A DNA stretch of 53,976 nt, from IMG/VR virus record IMGVR_UViG_3300030333_005911, positions 1 through 53,976 of that record, one strand, 5' to 3'. The stretch is from a virus. Taxonomy: Duplodnaviria; Caudoviricetes. Position numbers and translations under genes: made by a program. Positions 38,230-46,764 of this stretch are shown here, piece by piece. The notes under the pieces were generated by a model, which saw nothing but the letters and a program-made list of their open reading frames with translations, made no database searches and was not told where the DNA came from. The first letter of the stretch is position 1. Each line of letters begins with the position of its first letter.

Positions 38230-38724
38230 TTAAGCTACCAACTCAAAATCAAATGTTAATTGCTCATCACATTTACTTGTGAATTGTGGGTTTTCTACTT
38301 CATAAAAATTATGAACTAATCTTTTGCTCCAATGATGAGATGCATCCATTGCTCTCCACTCAGGAACTTGGTTGTCGATTGTTGTCCAATCTCTAGTGTC
38401 CATAACAAGAACATGTCTAGTTATTTGTATAATATAAACTTTTCCTTGCTCTAAATTTTCAGTAACAAATTTGCTAAGTTTTCTTTTCTTATCAAGTTTT
38501 GTCCACTTGCCTTTTACTCCCAACTTTTTACAAGCTGTATGTATATTAGAATTGCTAACACCTTTGCAGTGTCTTTTTCCTCTAATTTTTCTTAGAGTTT
38601 GGTAAGCTGGCTCATATTCTATGCCAGCAACTGTAGCAACTGCGAAAGGTCCACACCATGTAACTCTAGGTATTCCTGTGTCGCAGTATATTATTTGTCT
38701 TGTTTTTGGGTTATGCTTTTCCAT
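38230..38724 (-). CDS. Hypothetical protein, possible C39/papain-like fold
   Basis: WCGPFAVA helix start and later HVLV.D; GGAG RBS. Confidence 0.5.
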   Translation of the reverse strand: MEKHNPKTRQIIYCDTGIPRVTWCGPFAVATVAGIEYEPAYQTLRKIRGKRHCKGVSNSNIHTACKKLGVKGKWTKLDKKRKLSKFVTENLEQGKVYIIQITRHVLVMDTRDWTTIDNQVPEWRAMDASHHWSKRLVHNFYEVENPQFTSKCDEQLTFDFELVA

Positions 38725-38726
38725 AA

Positions 38727-38990
38727 TTATTCTCCCTTACCTATAACAATTTCAAAAGCCTTATCTAATATATTGCTTGGTTCATCATCAGTTTTAAAAC
38801 CAGACTCTTCACCAAAATCGAAACTTGAAGAGAAAGATAATCTTTCTTCATAGCCATATCTTTTTAAAGCTTTTGCTATTATTTTTGGATCTGAAGATAT
38901 AACTGCTATTTTACCAAAACATCTGCTATTTTTTAAATGCCATAGTTCTAACTTACCTTCGTCTGCTGATATGTGTTCAATTTTTCCCAT
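38727..38990 (-). CDS. Hypothetical early protein
   Basis: First gene behind promoter copy A; GAGAAAGGA RBS. Confidence 0.7.
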   Translation of the reverse strand: MGKIEHISADEGKLELWHLKNSRCFGKIAVISSDPKIIAKALKRYGYEERLSFSSSFDFGEESGFKTDDEPSNILDKAFEIVIGKGE

Positions 38991-39097
38991 TTTTTTCCTT
39001 TCTCAACTTTATATAACTAATATAAGCATTTCTGGGCAAATGTAAACCCCAAAATTAAAAATAATTAAAAAAAGATCTGTTTAAAAACAATGATTTA
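38991..39097 (-). promoter_or_regulatory. Repeated sigma70-like promoter module, copy A
   Basis: TAAATCATTGTTTTTAAACAGA box, T-rich tract, GGGG-TTTACA-16 nt-TATATT, RBS GAGAAAGGA. Confidence 0.8.
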
Positions 39098-41908
39098 TGT
39101 GAGCTTACGCCATTTATCTATTTGGAGTTTTCTGAAACCTTTATTTATTCGACCTTTTAATAGATACCAATCTCCTATTCTGCCTTCTTCTACAATAGGT
39201 TTTCCCAGCTTAGGATATTTCCATCGATCTATTCCAGCAAGGATTGGACCAGTATCATCTTCGAATTTCATATTAAGCCACAAGTTGTGTGTCTCTGCTC
39301 TTCTGCCACCTCTTTTAACTAAGTTTACAGCTTCATTTAAATCTCTAAGGTTTTTCTCCATCATTTTTCCGAATACAACAAATTCACCAGGATTATCAGC
39401 TTCTAAGTCTTGTATGTCAGTAATAGGTGTTTTTATTTTATGTGCAGCTGGATCTTTTTTAATATGACCAAATCTTCTCTCGCATTCGAAAATATCATCG
39501 AATGGAGTTTCTCCCTGATCTAAAAGTTTGTCTTGACGAGGTGTTAAAGGTTGTTTAAGTTTTCTTCTTTCTATGATGTCTTCTGCCATTTTTGGACCAA
39601 CACCTTTGATACCTATAAGTCCTCCGATCAACTCACCATCTTGCACAGACCAATTTAATTCTGATCTATATTTATCATAAGGCTTATATCCTAATCCCTC
39701 TCTAACAACTTCTCTTAATAGTTTTACACCTTGATCATCATCTTTAACATTTCTAAGACATGCTGCAGCAAATTCTAAAGGAAATTTACTTTTTAAAACA
39801 CAACACCAATAACTAACAATAGCATAAGCAATTGCATGACTTCTGTTAAATGCCATCGATCCCATTGTGTTAATGTTATCCCAAATTTCTCTTGCTTTCT
39901 TTTCTTCTAAATTATTTTCTAAAGCACCAACTTTAAATCTTTGCCAATACTGATCAAAAAATTCTTCTCCTAAAGATTTGCTCATTGCTCTTCTTAATTG
40001 GTTTACTTCTTCCCATGTTAATTTACCAACTTCTCTAGCAATTGTCATAACTTGTTCTTGATAAACAACTATGCCATATGTAACTTTTGTCACTTCTTTT
40101 ACCATATCATGAATATAATAAACTGGTTCAGCTCCTGTCCTTTTTTTAATAAATTGTGTTGTTCCACCTGATGTTAATGGTCCAGGACGAGCAAGAGCTG
40201 TTATAGAAGCAATATCCTCAAAATTACTTATTTTCATTTGGCGTGTTAAAGATTGCAATGCATAACCTTCAAATTGAAAAATGCCTGCATATCTTTCTTT
40301 ATTTAAAACATCAAAAGCTTCTGGATCTTCTAATGGATAATTTACAAGTTTATCTCTTTCCCATCCTACTTGTTCTAAAACATCATTTAATACAGAAAGT
40401 GTTCTTAATCCTAAAGCATCTATTTTTAATAAATTTAAACTTTCAGCATCTTTTTTATCTATTTGTGCTGCACCAGTTTGTGCACTCACGGAACAATATT
40501 TACTTACTGGATCTTCAGTAACGATAATGCCAGCTGCATGAACACCATTATGCCTAGCGTGATTTTCCATATGCTCTGCTATTCTTATTTGTGGATATTT
40601 TTCTAAAACTTTTTTACCTATTTCTAAATCATTAAATGTATCCATTATGCACATTGCAGCACGAGCATCACCAGAACTTCTTTCTATGATAGCACCTTTT
40701 AGATCATTAACTTCCCATGCAGGTATTCCTAGTTCTTTAGAAACTTCAGTTATTGTGCTTTTAGCTTTATATCTACTCACTGTTCCTAAATGTGCTACTT
40801 TTTCTGCACCATATTTTTGTCTTAAATATTCGAAAACCATTTCTCTTTTGTCGTCTTGAAAATCTATATCTATATCTGGAAGATCAGCACGAGTAACATC
40901 TATAAATCTTTCGAATAATAAATCAAATTTTATAGGATCTATGTCAGTTATTCCTGTTAAATAACAAACTAGAGAGCCAGCACTAGATCCTCTTGCTGGA
41001 CCAACTAACATATGTTGTTTAGCATAATTAATCATATCAGCTATGACGTAAAAATAATCTTCGAAATTTTTACTAGCGATCATATCTATTTCTCTTCTTA
41101 AACGATCACCATAAACTTTATCTTTTAAATCTATTTTTCTCTCTGGTGCACCATCTATACACATTTGTTCTAAAGTTTTTACAGGATCAAAAGAAATCAT
41201 TTGAGCTTGTGGTAATTCAGCATTACATTCATCAGCAATTTGGTAAGTCATTTGTATTGCTTCATCTGGTATCCAAGGAATACAATCAACCAATTCATAT
41301 TCATTTAATAAATGCATTGGCTGAGTTCTTTCTGTTCTATTCATACCAACTAAAACTTCATAAGCTTTTCTGTCTGTAACTTTTGGATAGTAATTGTCTG
41401 AAGTTGCTACAAATTGAAAACGCTTTTCTTTTGCCCAAAGAAAACTCTTTTTACTTGTCATTGGGTTTATCTCAAAATAAATATGCTTCTTTCTAGTTAA
41501 AGGTATTAATCCAAGATTAGGATTAGTTCCTGTTAAAATAATTACATTTTCAGATATTTCAAAAAGATCATAGTAGCTTATTCTCGGTATATAATAAAAA
41601 TTTTCTTTAGATGTGCTTTTAGTTACGAGCTGATAGATCTCTGTTAGACCTGAATTATTTTTTGCTAAGAAAGCCATGTAATTTATTGGCTGTCTTGCTC
41701 TTTCAGTTGCATCTTCTACTACACCTATTTCAACTCCGAATATTGGTTTTTTCTTTTGTTTAATACATTCTTTGTTAAAATTAACATGACCCCAAGTTCC
41801 TGCATCTGCTATTCCTATTGCTTCGCTTGCACAATTTACTACATTTGGAATAGAACCAAAAGCTTTTCTAAAAGAATACTCTGTTCTTGTTCTTAAATGC
41901 AGCATCAT
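39095..41908 (-). CDS. dnaE: DNA polymerase III alpha subunit-like (family C)
   Basis: PHP domain start, GPARGSSAGSLV, catalytic PDIDIDF, HAAG, KIDALGL, YQEQVM, FNRSHA, HhH GIKGVG. Confidence 0.97.
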   Translation of the reverse strand: MMLHLRTRTEYSFRKAFGSIPNVVNCASEAIGIADAGTWGHVNFNKECIKQKKKPIFGVEIGVVEDATERARQPINYMAFLAKNNSGLTEIYQLVTKSTSKENFYYIPRISYYDLFEISENVIILTGTNPNLGLIPLTRKKHIYFEINPMTSKKSFLWAKEKRFQFVATSDNYYPKVTDRKAYEVLVGMNRTERTQPMHLLNEYELVDCIPWIPDEAIQMTYQIADECNAELPQAQMISFDPVKTLEQMCIDGAPERKIDLKDKVYGDRLRREIDMIASKNFEDYFYVIADMINYAKQHMLVGPARGSSAGSLVCYLTGITDIDPIKFDLLFERFIDVTRADLPDIDIDFQDDKREMVFEYLRQKYGAEKVAHLGTVSRYKAKSTITEVSKELGIPAWEVNDLKGAIIERSSGDARAAMCIMDTFNDLEIGKKVLEKYPQIRIAEHMENHARHNGVHAAGIIVTEDPVSKYCSVSAQTGAAQIDKKDAESLNLLKIDALGLRTLSVLNDVLEQVGWERDKLVNYPLEDPEAFDVLNKERYAGIFQFEGYALQSLTRQMKISNFEDIASITALARPGPLTSGGTTQFIKKRTGAEPVYYIHDMVKEVTKVTYGIVVYQEQVMTIAREVGKLTWEEVNQLRRAMSKSLGEEFFDQYWQRFKVGALENNLEEKKAREIWDNINTMGSMAFNRSHAIAYAIVSYWCCVLKSKFPLEFAAACLRNVKDDDQGVKLLREVVREGLGYKPYDKYRSELNWSVQDGELIGGLIGIKGVGPKMAEDIIERRKLKQPLTPRQDKLLDQGETPFDDIFECERRFGHIKKDPAAHKIKTPITDIQDLEADNPGEFVVFGKMMEKNLRDLNEAVNLVKRGGRRAETHNLWLNMKFEDDTGPILAGIDRWKYPKLGKPIVEEGRIGDWYLLKGRINKGFRKLQIDKWRKLT

Positions 41909-42441
41909 ATGTGTCCTTCTTTTTTATACCACTTTAATATCTCCACTGTTGCTTCTACATCAACTAAAGATCTGTGAGCACCTTTATGTTCTTTCCCAGT
42001 TATCTCTTTATATATTTCACTTAATTTACGCATTTTACCCCAAACACTTTGACCAACTTCAACTGAGCAAATATGGTTCATTGGCCAAGGAAATTTTGTA
42101 AGTTTGTCTATTCTCTCTAATTCGAATCTTAAAATCTTCCTATCAAAAGGCAAATTGTGTGCAGCCATCGATGTTTCACCAAGAAAAAATTTACATAAAT
42201 CTTTATAATGATAAATAAAAGGTTTTTTCTCTTTTAAGTCTTCATCTTTTATTCCAGTTATTTTACTAATTTTAGGATCTAGATCGTGTCCAGGATTACA
42301 CATAAATTCTAACCTATCATATTCTTCAAAATTGCCATCGGTAAATCTTATTGCACCGAACTCAATTATTCTAGGTTGTAAATCTAAGTCTGAACCTTCA
42401 GCTTTAGGCAATCCTGTTGTTTCTAAATCAAATACGATCAT
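41905..42441 (-). CDS. DEDDh 3'-5' exonuclease (DnaQ/epsilon-like)
   Basis: DLETTG, AHNLPFD, AHRSLVD; overlaps the dnaE start. Confidence 0.92.
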   Translation of the reverse strand: MIVFDLETTGLPKAEGSDLDLQPRIIEFGAIRFTDGNFEEYDRLEFMCNPGHDLDPKISKITGIKDEDLKEKKPFIYHYKDLCKFFLGETSMAAHNLPFDRKILRFELERIDKLTKFPWPMNHICSVEVGQSVWGKMRKLSEIYKEITGKEHKGAHRSLVDVEATVEILKWYKKEGHI

Positions 42442-42718
42442 CGTCTAAAGACTCCAACATAAAAGCATAAACACCTAAATCATGAATTGAATCTTGATGA
42501 GCTTTTGGCCAGCCTTGACAATATCTTGTTAATTTAGCAACTAACATGTTAATAATACCAAATCTGTTATAATCTTCTACTGTTTTAAGATCAACTCCTT
42601 TGGGGAATAAAGCCATCATTACTCTACCATGATTTAAATAGTTGTCTCCATAATCTTTGTTTCTAGCTTTAAAAGTTTTAAAAGCTTCTTCCATGCAATC
42701 AACTGGGGATCTTTTCAT
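42428..42718 (-). CDS. DUF6378 / nucleotide-modification-associated-like helical protein
   Basis: RNKDYG...KLTRY...HQDSIHDLGVYA pattern. Confidence 0.65.
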   Translation of the reverse strand: MKRSPVDCMEEAFKTFKARNKDYGDNYLNHGRVMMALFPKGVDLKTVEDYNRFGIINMLVAKLTRYCQGWPKAHQDSIHDLGVYAFMLESLDDDRI

Positions 42719-42872
42719 GCTTATGCTCCTTTAGTTTATTTATATCTTCATCATAGTTATTCGCTTTATCAATAAGCTCTCTAAGTTCTTGCATATCTAT
42801 AGCTGTTATATCGAATAATCTAGCTATTTTTTTATCATGCAATTCTATGTCATTTCCTCTTATTCTAAGCAT
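42699..42872 (-). CDS. Hypothetical protein
   Basis: GAGGAG RBS before ATG 42872. Confidence 0.6.
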   Translation of the reverse strand: MLRIRGNDIELHDKKIARLFDITAIDMQELRELIDKANNYDEDINKLKEHKHEKIPS

Positions 42873-42873
42873 G

Positions 42874-43122
42874 TTAATCTCCTCTTGGAGCACAAGTTAC
42901 ATTAATAACAATAGGCACTCTTCCAGAATTGGTTTTAATCATTGTTTTATTTATAATAGATCTTAAACCATTATTTCTACAATCATTTATTGCATTAATA
43001 ACTTCTTCTCTGTCCATCTGATAAATTTCTTTATGATGAACTATTTCTACTTTTTCTTTGCTTGAGCAACCTATTAACATAAAAAGTGCGAATAGCAAAA
43101 GTAATGCTACAGTGTATTTCAT
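42874..43122 (-). CDS. Putative lipoprotein
   Basis: Signal peptide MKYTVALLLLFALFMLIG-C with lipobox. Confidence 0.7.
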   Translation of the reverse strand: MKYTVALLLLFALFMLIGCSSKEKVEIVHHKEIYQMDREEVINAINDCRNNGLRSIINKTMIKTNSGRVPIVINVTCAPRGD

Positions 43123-43145
43123 TTTGTTCCTTTCTCATTTAAAAT

Positions 43146-43439
43146 TTATTTCTTTTTGTAAAATATTCCTAAAATTTTCTTTATTCTTTGCCAGATAGTT
43201 AATTTAATGTCTTGTTCATGAAAGCTTTCTACAACAGCATCTGGTTGTAAAAATTTATCAACTTTTGACGCAAGCTTCGCACCAGATATTTTTGATGGTT
43301 TTCTTTTATTAATTATATATCTAACAGTTCTTCTTTTAACACCCATTTCTTCTGCTATTTGATCTCTGTCACCTTTATATTTTTTATTTAAATGGTGTAC
43401 AACGTCAACAAAATCTTGGTCATATTTTTTTCTAAACAT
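43146..43439 (-). CDS. HTH DNA-binding protein
   Basis: RDQIAEEMGVKRRTVRYII helix-turn-helix. Confidence 0.7.
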   Translation of the reverse strand: MFRKKYDQDFVDVVHHLNKKYKGDRDQIAEEMGVKRRTVRYIINKRKPSKISGAKLASKVDKFLQPDAVVESFHEQDIKLTIWQRIKKILGIFYKKK

Positions 43440-43448
43440 ATTCTGCTC

Positions 43449-44108
43449 CTAATTAAAAGGTTTTAAAGTTCCAATGATTGGTTGATCCAATTCTGTTATC
43501 TCTTCACACACTTCTCTTAATTGTATCATTAATATTCTTAATTTATTTCTCCAAATATTATGCACAATTTCTTCATCTAGTGCAACTTTTACCATAGTAC
43601 TATCTATGTACTCTATAACTTCTTTGGCTTGTTGTAAAAGTTTTTTATTTCCAAGTAAAATTGTTTCATCCCAAAGTTTATAAACAACAGATGCAAGATC
43701 TGATATTTTTACAATAATACCTTCTTTGTCTTTTTTAGCATCAGTCCAATTTTTTAGAATTATATTCGGATCCATTCCTAGTTCGTTTATTACATTATTA
43801 ATACCAGCAGTTGATATCTTATCGAATACTTCTTTTGACTCTTTATTATAGTATTTAGTTGGTCTCGGAATATCTCCTGTAATTATTTCATCTATATCGT
43901 GTACAACAGACTTTTGCAAAACTTTACAAACATCTATTTTTTCACCATCTTCTATCAAACTATTTAAATATTCACTTAATAAAAAACCAAAGAAACAAAC
44001 GAAACCTGTGTGTTCCATAACTGATTCATCTTTTACCAAATGAAGTTGCGAGTATCTCCTAACAGAACAAAGTCTTTGAGACATATTAAAAACTTTTATA
44101 ACATCCAT
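43449..44108 (-). CDS. HD-domain deoxynucleotide phosphohydrolase (YfbR/DatZ/Dmp-like)
   Basis: RRY...ESVMEH, HDIDEIITGDIPRPTK, KISD motifs. Confidence 0.88.
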   Translation of the reverse strand: MDVIKVFNMSQRLCSVRRYSQLHLVKDESVMEHTGFVCFFGFLLSEYLNSLIEDGEKIDVCKVLQKSVVHDIDEIITGDIPRPTKYYNKESKEVFDKISTAGINNVINELGMDPNIILKNWTDAKKDKEGIIVKISDLASVVYKLWDETILLGNKKLLQQAKEVIEYIDSTMVKVALDEEIVHNIWRNKLRILMIQLREVCEEITELDQPIIGTLKPFN

Positions 44109-44296
44109 TATATTTCCTTTCCTTCCTTTCTCAAACTGTCAACATAATTTACCAATTCTTTTCTAGCCCTATTGTAATCATTTTGAATATCGTTATGATT
44201 AGGACTATCATATAAGTCTTTTTGTAAATAGTCTAATCTTTTTCTTAAATAATTAAGAAAATATTCTTGAAATGGTGTTAATTTATTATTCGACAT
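44108..44296 (-). CDS. Hypothetical protein
   Basis: 62 aa helical hairpin, coupled to neighbours. Confidence 0.65.
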   Translation of the reverse strand: MSNNKLTPFQEYFLNYLRKRLDYLQKDLYDSPNHNDIQNDYNRARKELVNYVDSLRKEGKEI

Positions 44297-44852
44297 CAGG
44301 ATTAAAATTTTGAAATTGCTCTAGAATTTTTTGCCTGCGACCCATATGATCCTGCCAATCTATTCCATCTTTAACAGCAGGTGGTAAATCACCAGTTTTT
44401 TCCCAATAAGATGAGATTAATCCAGCAAACTTAATAAGATCACCTACTCCTACAACATGAGCATCAACACTTTCTTTAAGCATAATATTAAGACCAAAAT
44501 TTTCATTTGTATAAGTAATAGAATATCTTTTGTGTTCAGCTGCACTCTTTTCGTTTTTATATTTAAAATGATCAGCTAATGCTTTAAAATATCCCATTTC
44601 ATAAACAGTCCCAGTATCTCTACCATCTACAACTGCAAATAAAATATTAGCATTAATCATTTCTTCTACATTTTTATCGTATATCCTTTTAGACTCTTTG
44701 AGCCTATCCTCTGGGGAAAGATGAGCAATTACACCTCCACTTTTTCTAGGTGAGAAATAATTTAAATTATGTTTATCAAATTCATCCTCTATCCTAGATA
44801 TAGTTTCATTTTGCTTATCATTAAAAAATGGTCCAGCTAAATATATTCTCAT
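44286..44852 (-). CDS. Nucleoside 2-deoxyribosyltransferase / N-glycosidase-fold protein
   Basis: IYLAGPFF, FSP, DTGTVYEMGY (catalytic Glu), NIML; GGAGGT RBS and ATGA overlap with the upstream gene. Confidence 0.88.
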   Translation of the reverse strand: MRIYLAGPFFNDKQNETISRIEDEFDKHNLNYFSPRKSGGVIAHLSPEDRLKESKRIYDKNVEEMINANILFAVVDGRDTGTVYEMGYFKALADHFKYKNEKSAAEHKRYSITYTNENFGLNIMLKESVDAHVVGVGDLIKFAGLISSYWEKTGDLPPAVKDGIDWQDHMGRRQKILEQFQNFNPDVE

Positions 44853-45925
44853 TGTATTACCTCCACATTGTTTATATGTTTTTTCCAAAAATTAGGTCTA
44901 TAGCTTGCTTCTATATTTACCATAGGCATATATTTTTTGTCTATAGGCATTGATGCTAAATTGCTATGAATTGGGCAAGGTGCTCCAGGATCATTGTCGG
45001 TGTGTCTTAATTCAGCATCTCTTGTATAAGGACAAAAGCCTTTATTACATGGTAAATCTTTTTCACTAATATCAATGTATTTTTGTGCAGCAACAATAAT
45101 CTCTTTCCAGATGCCATATTGTGCAATCCAACATTGTCTTTTGTTAATAACAGTTTTCCAAAATTCTGTTTCTGCTGCAATGTTAATATTTATTTTATGA
45201 CCTAAAGTTGTAAACCAATTTCTCTTTTTTATTATGGACATTAGATTATCTTTAATTGTAAAGTTTCTATGCCTTACAACTTGTGCTCTTAATGCAATTG
45301 TCATATTTAAAAATACATTTATGATTGGTCCAATTCTTCCAGTTTGCATCTCGTTTGTTCTAACTTCAGGAATAGGATTAACAAAGCTATAATTCTTAGC
45401 ATATTTTTCTAGCTGAAATTTATTATTAAGTTCATTTTTACCAATAATAAAATATTCATCTATTTGTGATAAGTATTCGTAAAGTTTATATATTTTTATT
45501 AAACCTCTCCAGGACAATCTGGTTGTAAAAGATGTTAAAGAACAAACAGGCATATGCATTCTGTACTCATCTTGTATAATATTATTACTTATGTCCTTTT
45601 TAATTTTATCTTTAAGAAAATTTTTAGCATCTACATGATCAGGAATATTATTAAAATACTTCGGTATTTCAAAATTCTCAGGAGCATCAACTCTAGATGT
45701 TCTTGCCCACATTACATGATCTCTAAAAGATGCAAATATTTCTCTTTCTAATATTGTACATTCAATAGATAAAACAACTGATGGTATTTCATTAACAGGA
45801 GCATCTATCGATAAAATAGTGTCTAAAGGTGTAGTGTCATCAGGAGTTCTAGAAAGTTCCCAAGCAATCCTAGACAAATTCTTTTTACCAACATTGGTAT
45901 TGCTACTGATTATTGTTATTTTCAT
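44849..45925 (-). CDS. Divergent two-domain ThyX-like flavin-dependent protein
   Basis: N-half FRDHVMWARTSR and YRMHMP...T...SWR.L; C-half AQVVRHR, RQCWIAQ and PC..G.CP, all resembling ThyX motifs. Confidence 0.6.
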   Translation of the reverse strand: MKITIISSNTNVGKKNLSRIAWELSRTPDDTTPLDTILSIDAPVNEIPSVVLSIECTILEREIFASFRDHVMWARTSRVDAPENFEIPKYFNNIPDHVDAKNFLKDKIKKDISNNIIQDEYRMHMPVCSLTSFTTRLSWRGLIKIYKLYEYLSQIDEYFIIGKNELNNKFQLEKYAKNYSFVNPIPEVRTNEMQTGRIGPIINVFLNMTIALRAQVVRHRNFTIKDNLMSIIKKRNWFTTLGHKININIAAETEFWKTVINKRQCWIAQYGIWKEIIVAAQKYIDISEKDLPCNKGFCPYTRDAELRHTDNDPGAPCPIHSNLASMPIDKKYMPMVNIEASYRPNFWKKHINNVEVIQ

Positions 45926-46208
45926 TTTTAGATTTCCAATATTTATCTAGTTTCCAAACTCTTACATCAGGTGTCGCTTTACCATCTACATCTCTTATTG
46001 CTCTAGATTTACATTCGAAACCCAGCTTTTTACAAGTAGATCTAAAGGAGCATACATCTCCTGAAGTTTTTAAAACTGTACTATCACCTACTTCCATAGC
46101 ATTAACAAGTCTAAACCATCTGTCTTTAGATTTTGCAGGATCAAGCATCACGGGTATGCCACTTTCAATGACATACCCATCAAATTGTCTTTTAACAATT
46201 TTAGACAT
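45903..46208 (-). CDS. Hypothetical protein, possible small DNA-binding fold
   Basis: IESGIP, MEVGDS and VRVW pattern. Confidence 0.6.
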   Translation of the reverse strand: MSKIVKRQFDGYVIESGIPVMLDPAKSKDRWFRLVNAMEVGDSTVLKTSGDVCSFRSTCKKLGFECKSRAIRDVDGKATPDVRVWKLDKYWKSKNENNNNQ

Positions 46209-46764
46209 CGTAAACCTCTGCCCATCCTTTTTTGATATCCCACTTAAGATCTTCTAAACGACCACCAGATTTAATATAAAGTTCATAAGGCATATCAGCA
46301 CCATGCTTTAAAAGTAAATTGAAAGAAGCATAACCACAAACTTCTTTATTATTCTCTTTACGAGGATTTTTGTCAACAAGAATTCTAATCATCTTGCCAG
46401 CAAACTGACCACGTGGTTTAGAAACTTTTTGTCCAGATGTAGGAACTTTTTCTTTGTATAGTTCCATTTCATCAGTTGTCATACCTCTTGAATCCCAAAT
46501 AGTTTTTGTAAGTGGTGTTAAAAGATTAATAAGAGTAAATAATCTTTTAACACCAGTTTTTCTATCAGCAAATCTTTTAACTTTCTTTTTAGATACTTTG
46601 TTGAAAGCATCTAAAACTTTATTAGTTGTCATATTAGGATTTTCTAAAAGCTCATCAGCATTTTCAAATACTGCCATGCCATTGCCTGTTTGTCTAGCAG
46701 CAAATCTGCTAACATAAGCATTAACATTAAGACTTTTCAAATCAATTGTAAAAACTTTATTCAT
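46201..46764 (-). CDS. Basic early protein
   Basis: First gene behind promoter copy B; KRFADRKTG and NPR...GG...DLKWD..KG motifs. Confidence 0.7.
   Translation of the reverse strand: MNKVFTIDLKSLNVNAYVSRFAARQTGNGMAVFENADELLENPNMTTNKVLDAFNKVSKKKVKRFADRKTGVKRLFTLINLLTPLTKTIWDSRGMTTDEMELYKEKVPTSGQKVSKPRGQFAGKMIRILVDKNPRKENNKEVCGYASFNLLLKHGADMPYELYIKSGGRLEDLKWDIKKGWAEVYDV

Noticed and set aside
39095-41908. Intein or intron in dnaE
   Set aside because: The ORF is continuous and compact with no splice-junction or homing endonuclease motifs seen.
42428-45925. 2-aminoadenine (Z-genome) pathway
   Set aside because: A DatZ-like HD protein is present, but no PurA/PurZ-like ORF was recognised anywhere in the complete genome.
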